Origin: Pseudogymnoascus verrucosus | Lineage: Eukaryota | Strand: one strand, 5' to 3' | Assembly (NCBI GenBank): GCA_001662655.1 | Contig: KV460223.1 | DNA: 64,000 nt | Made by a program: the position numbers and the translations under genes | Notes under the pieces: model-generated | Seen by the model: only the letters and a program-made list of their open reading frames with translations | Told to the model about the DNA's origin: nothing | Database searches by the model: none | In this document: positions 62,945 through 64,000 of the stretch, piece by piece | Position numbering within the stretch: the first letter of the stretch is position 1 | How the letters are laid out: each line of letters begins with the position of its first letter

Positions 62945-63970
62945 ATGACCGACATGTCCCCGTGCCGGTTGTGCGCAGCACCCTTCCCGCCCGTGATTGT
63001 TCGCATAGTCGACGCACCCGCGCTCCCAGCCCTCCCCGAGTTTGAGGATAAATGGCCCAACTTCCTCGATTCTCCACTTCCGCCAATTCCTCACCCTTCT
63101 CGCTCTGCTAAGAAACAATATTACCGCCTATTCCCACACCAGAGAGCAATGCCTCCTACGCCGCCGTCGTCGCCGCGGCACTTCAAGCTTGTGACCAGCG
63201 ATAGCACTATCCCAGCGTACGATCTGCACGCTCTGTCGCCCCTCTCGCCAATGGAGCAACTCTTCCTTGTCACCCCGTCAAGCGACACATCGAGTCTGAG
63301 CGACCCGTCAATCCACTCCCCCTCAGACGAAGACGACGACTATGACGCCTCAGGACTCCCATCCTGGCACAACTCCTACGACTTCCCCGCCACCCCCAGT
63401 GCATCGCCCACCGAGCTATCACCTCTATACAGGTGCAACTCCCCCTCCAAATTCGCATTCGACATCTCCTCCATGCCACCCCCACCAATCCCTCCACGCT
63501 CCTCATCGCGCAACTCCAACCACACCACCAAGTCCCCCCGCCAACGTCCCCAAGCTGGACCACCTCTCCACTTCGCTGCGCCGCGCCGTGCGCCGCAGCT
63601 CGTGGCACCGGCGTTTAGGCACCATGCGACGCCCCCGCTGCCGCCGCCTGGGTTTGCACCACAAGGAACTATACAGCCACTTCACCCATCTACTTATTCT
63701 ACAAATACGAGTCCTTTGAGCCCCTTGCTTCCTCCTAGCCCTCTTGCTCGTGCGGTGCCACTGCCTACGTCGCCGGTCTTGGCTGAGAGGAGCGTGTTTG
63801 ACTATGAAGAGGAGGGTGCGAGGGGGTTGAAGGGTGTTAAGGCGAGGTTTCATAAACATAGTGTCTCGTCGGGGGCGCAGGGTGGGAGGAGGAAGAGCGC
63901 GGGGGAGGTGGTGAAGGGTATATTTGGGGGTTGGTCTGAGAAGGGTGGGAGAAGTGGGAAGGGTACATGA
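62945..63970 (+). CDS. Pro/Ser-rich hypothetical protein
   Basis: 341-aa open frame after a pyrimidine-rich leader, with the C-to-G skew seen in other genes here. Motifs PPPPIPPRS and ERSVFDYEEE. The start is uncertain. Confidence 0.6.
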   Translation: MTDMSPCRLCAAPFPPVIVRIVDAPALPALPEFEDKWPNFLDSPLPPIPHPSRSAKKQYYRLFPHQRAMPPTPPSSPRHFKLVTSDSTIPAYDLHALSPLSPMEQLFLVTPSSDTSSLSDPSIHSPSDEDDDYDASGLPSWHNSYDFPATPSASPTELSPLYRCNSPSKFAFDISSMPPPPIPPRSSSRNSNHTTKSPRQRPQAGPPLHFAAPRRAPQLVAPAFRHHATPPLPPPGFAPQGTIQPLHPSTYSTNTSPLSPLLPPSPLARAVPLPTSPVLAERSVFDYEEEGARGLKGVKARFHKHSVSSGAQGGRRKSAGEVVKGIFGGWSEKGGRSGKGT

Positions 63971-64000
63971 GATGGTGGTTAGGAGTTTTTGGACCTGGGA

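Overview
Intron-rich, roughly 50% GC eukaryotic DNA from a filamentous ascomycete (Pezizomycotina). The introns are short GT-AG type with CTRAC branch sites. A housekeeping core (TMEM16/Ist2 scramblase, metallophosphoesterase, CSN6, ARP9, ETF-beta, cyclin L-like, SLH1, YKT6, flavocytochrome b2, homocitrate synthase) is interleaved with accessory loci. These are: the right end of a hAT-like transposon; a ~1600-aa orphan repeat protein; a TALE-homeobox/C2H2 transcription factor; a 54-aa Cys/His zinc-finger microprotein missing from the ORF track, flanked by UTR introns in an ~11-kb gene-poor region; a putative HEPN-RNase/coiled-coil/RRM fusion; a Con-13-like HExxH secreted protein; an FSH1 hydrolase; a Kex2-processed Cys-rich peptide; a frameshifted NACHT-ankyrin NLR with near-identical repeats; and an AA9 LPMO lacking the second-sphere His. 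Gene models were built by hand from splice signals and protein motifs. No database searches were run.
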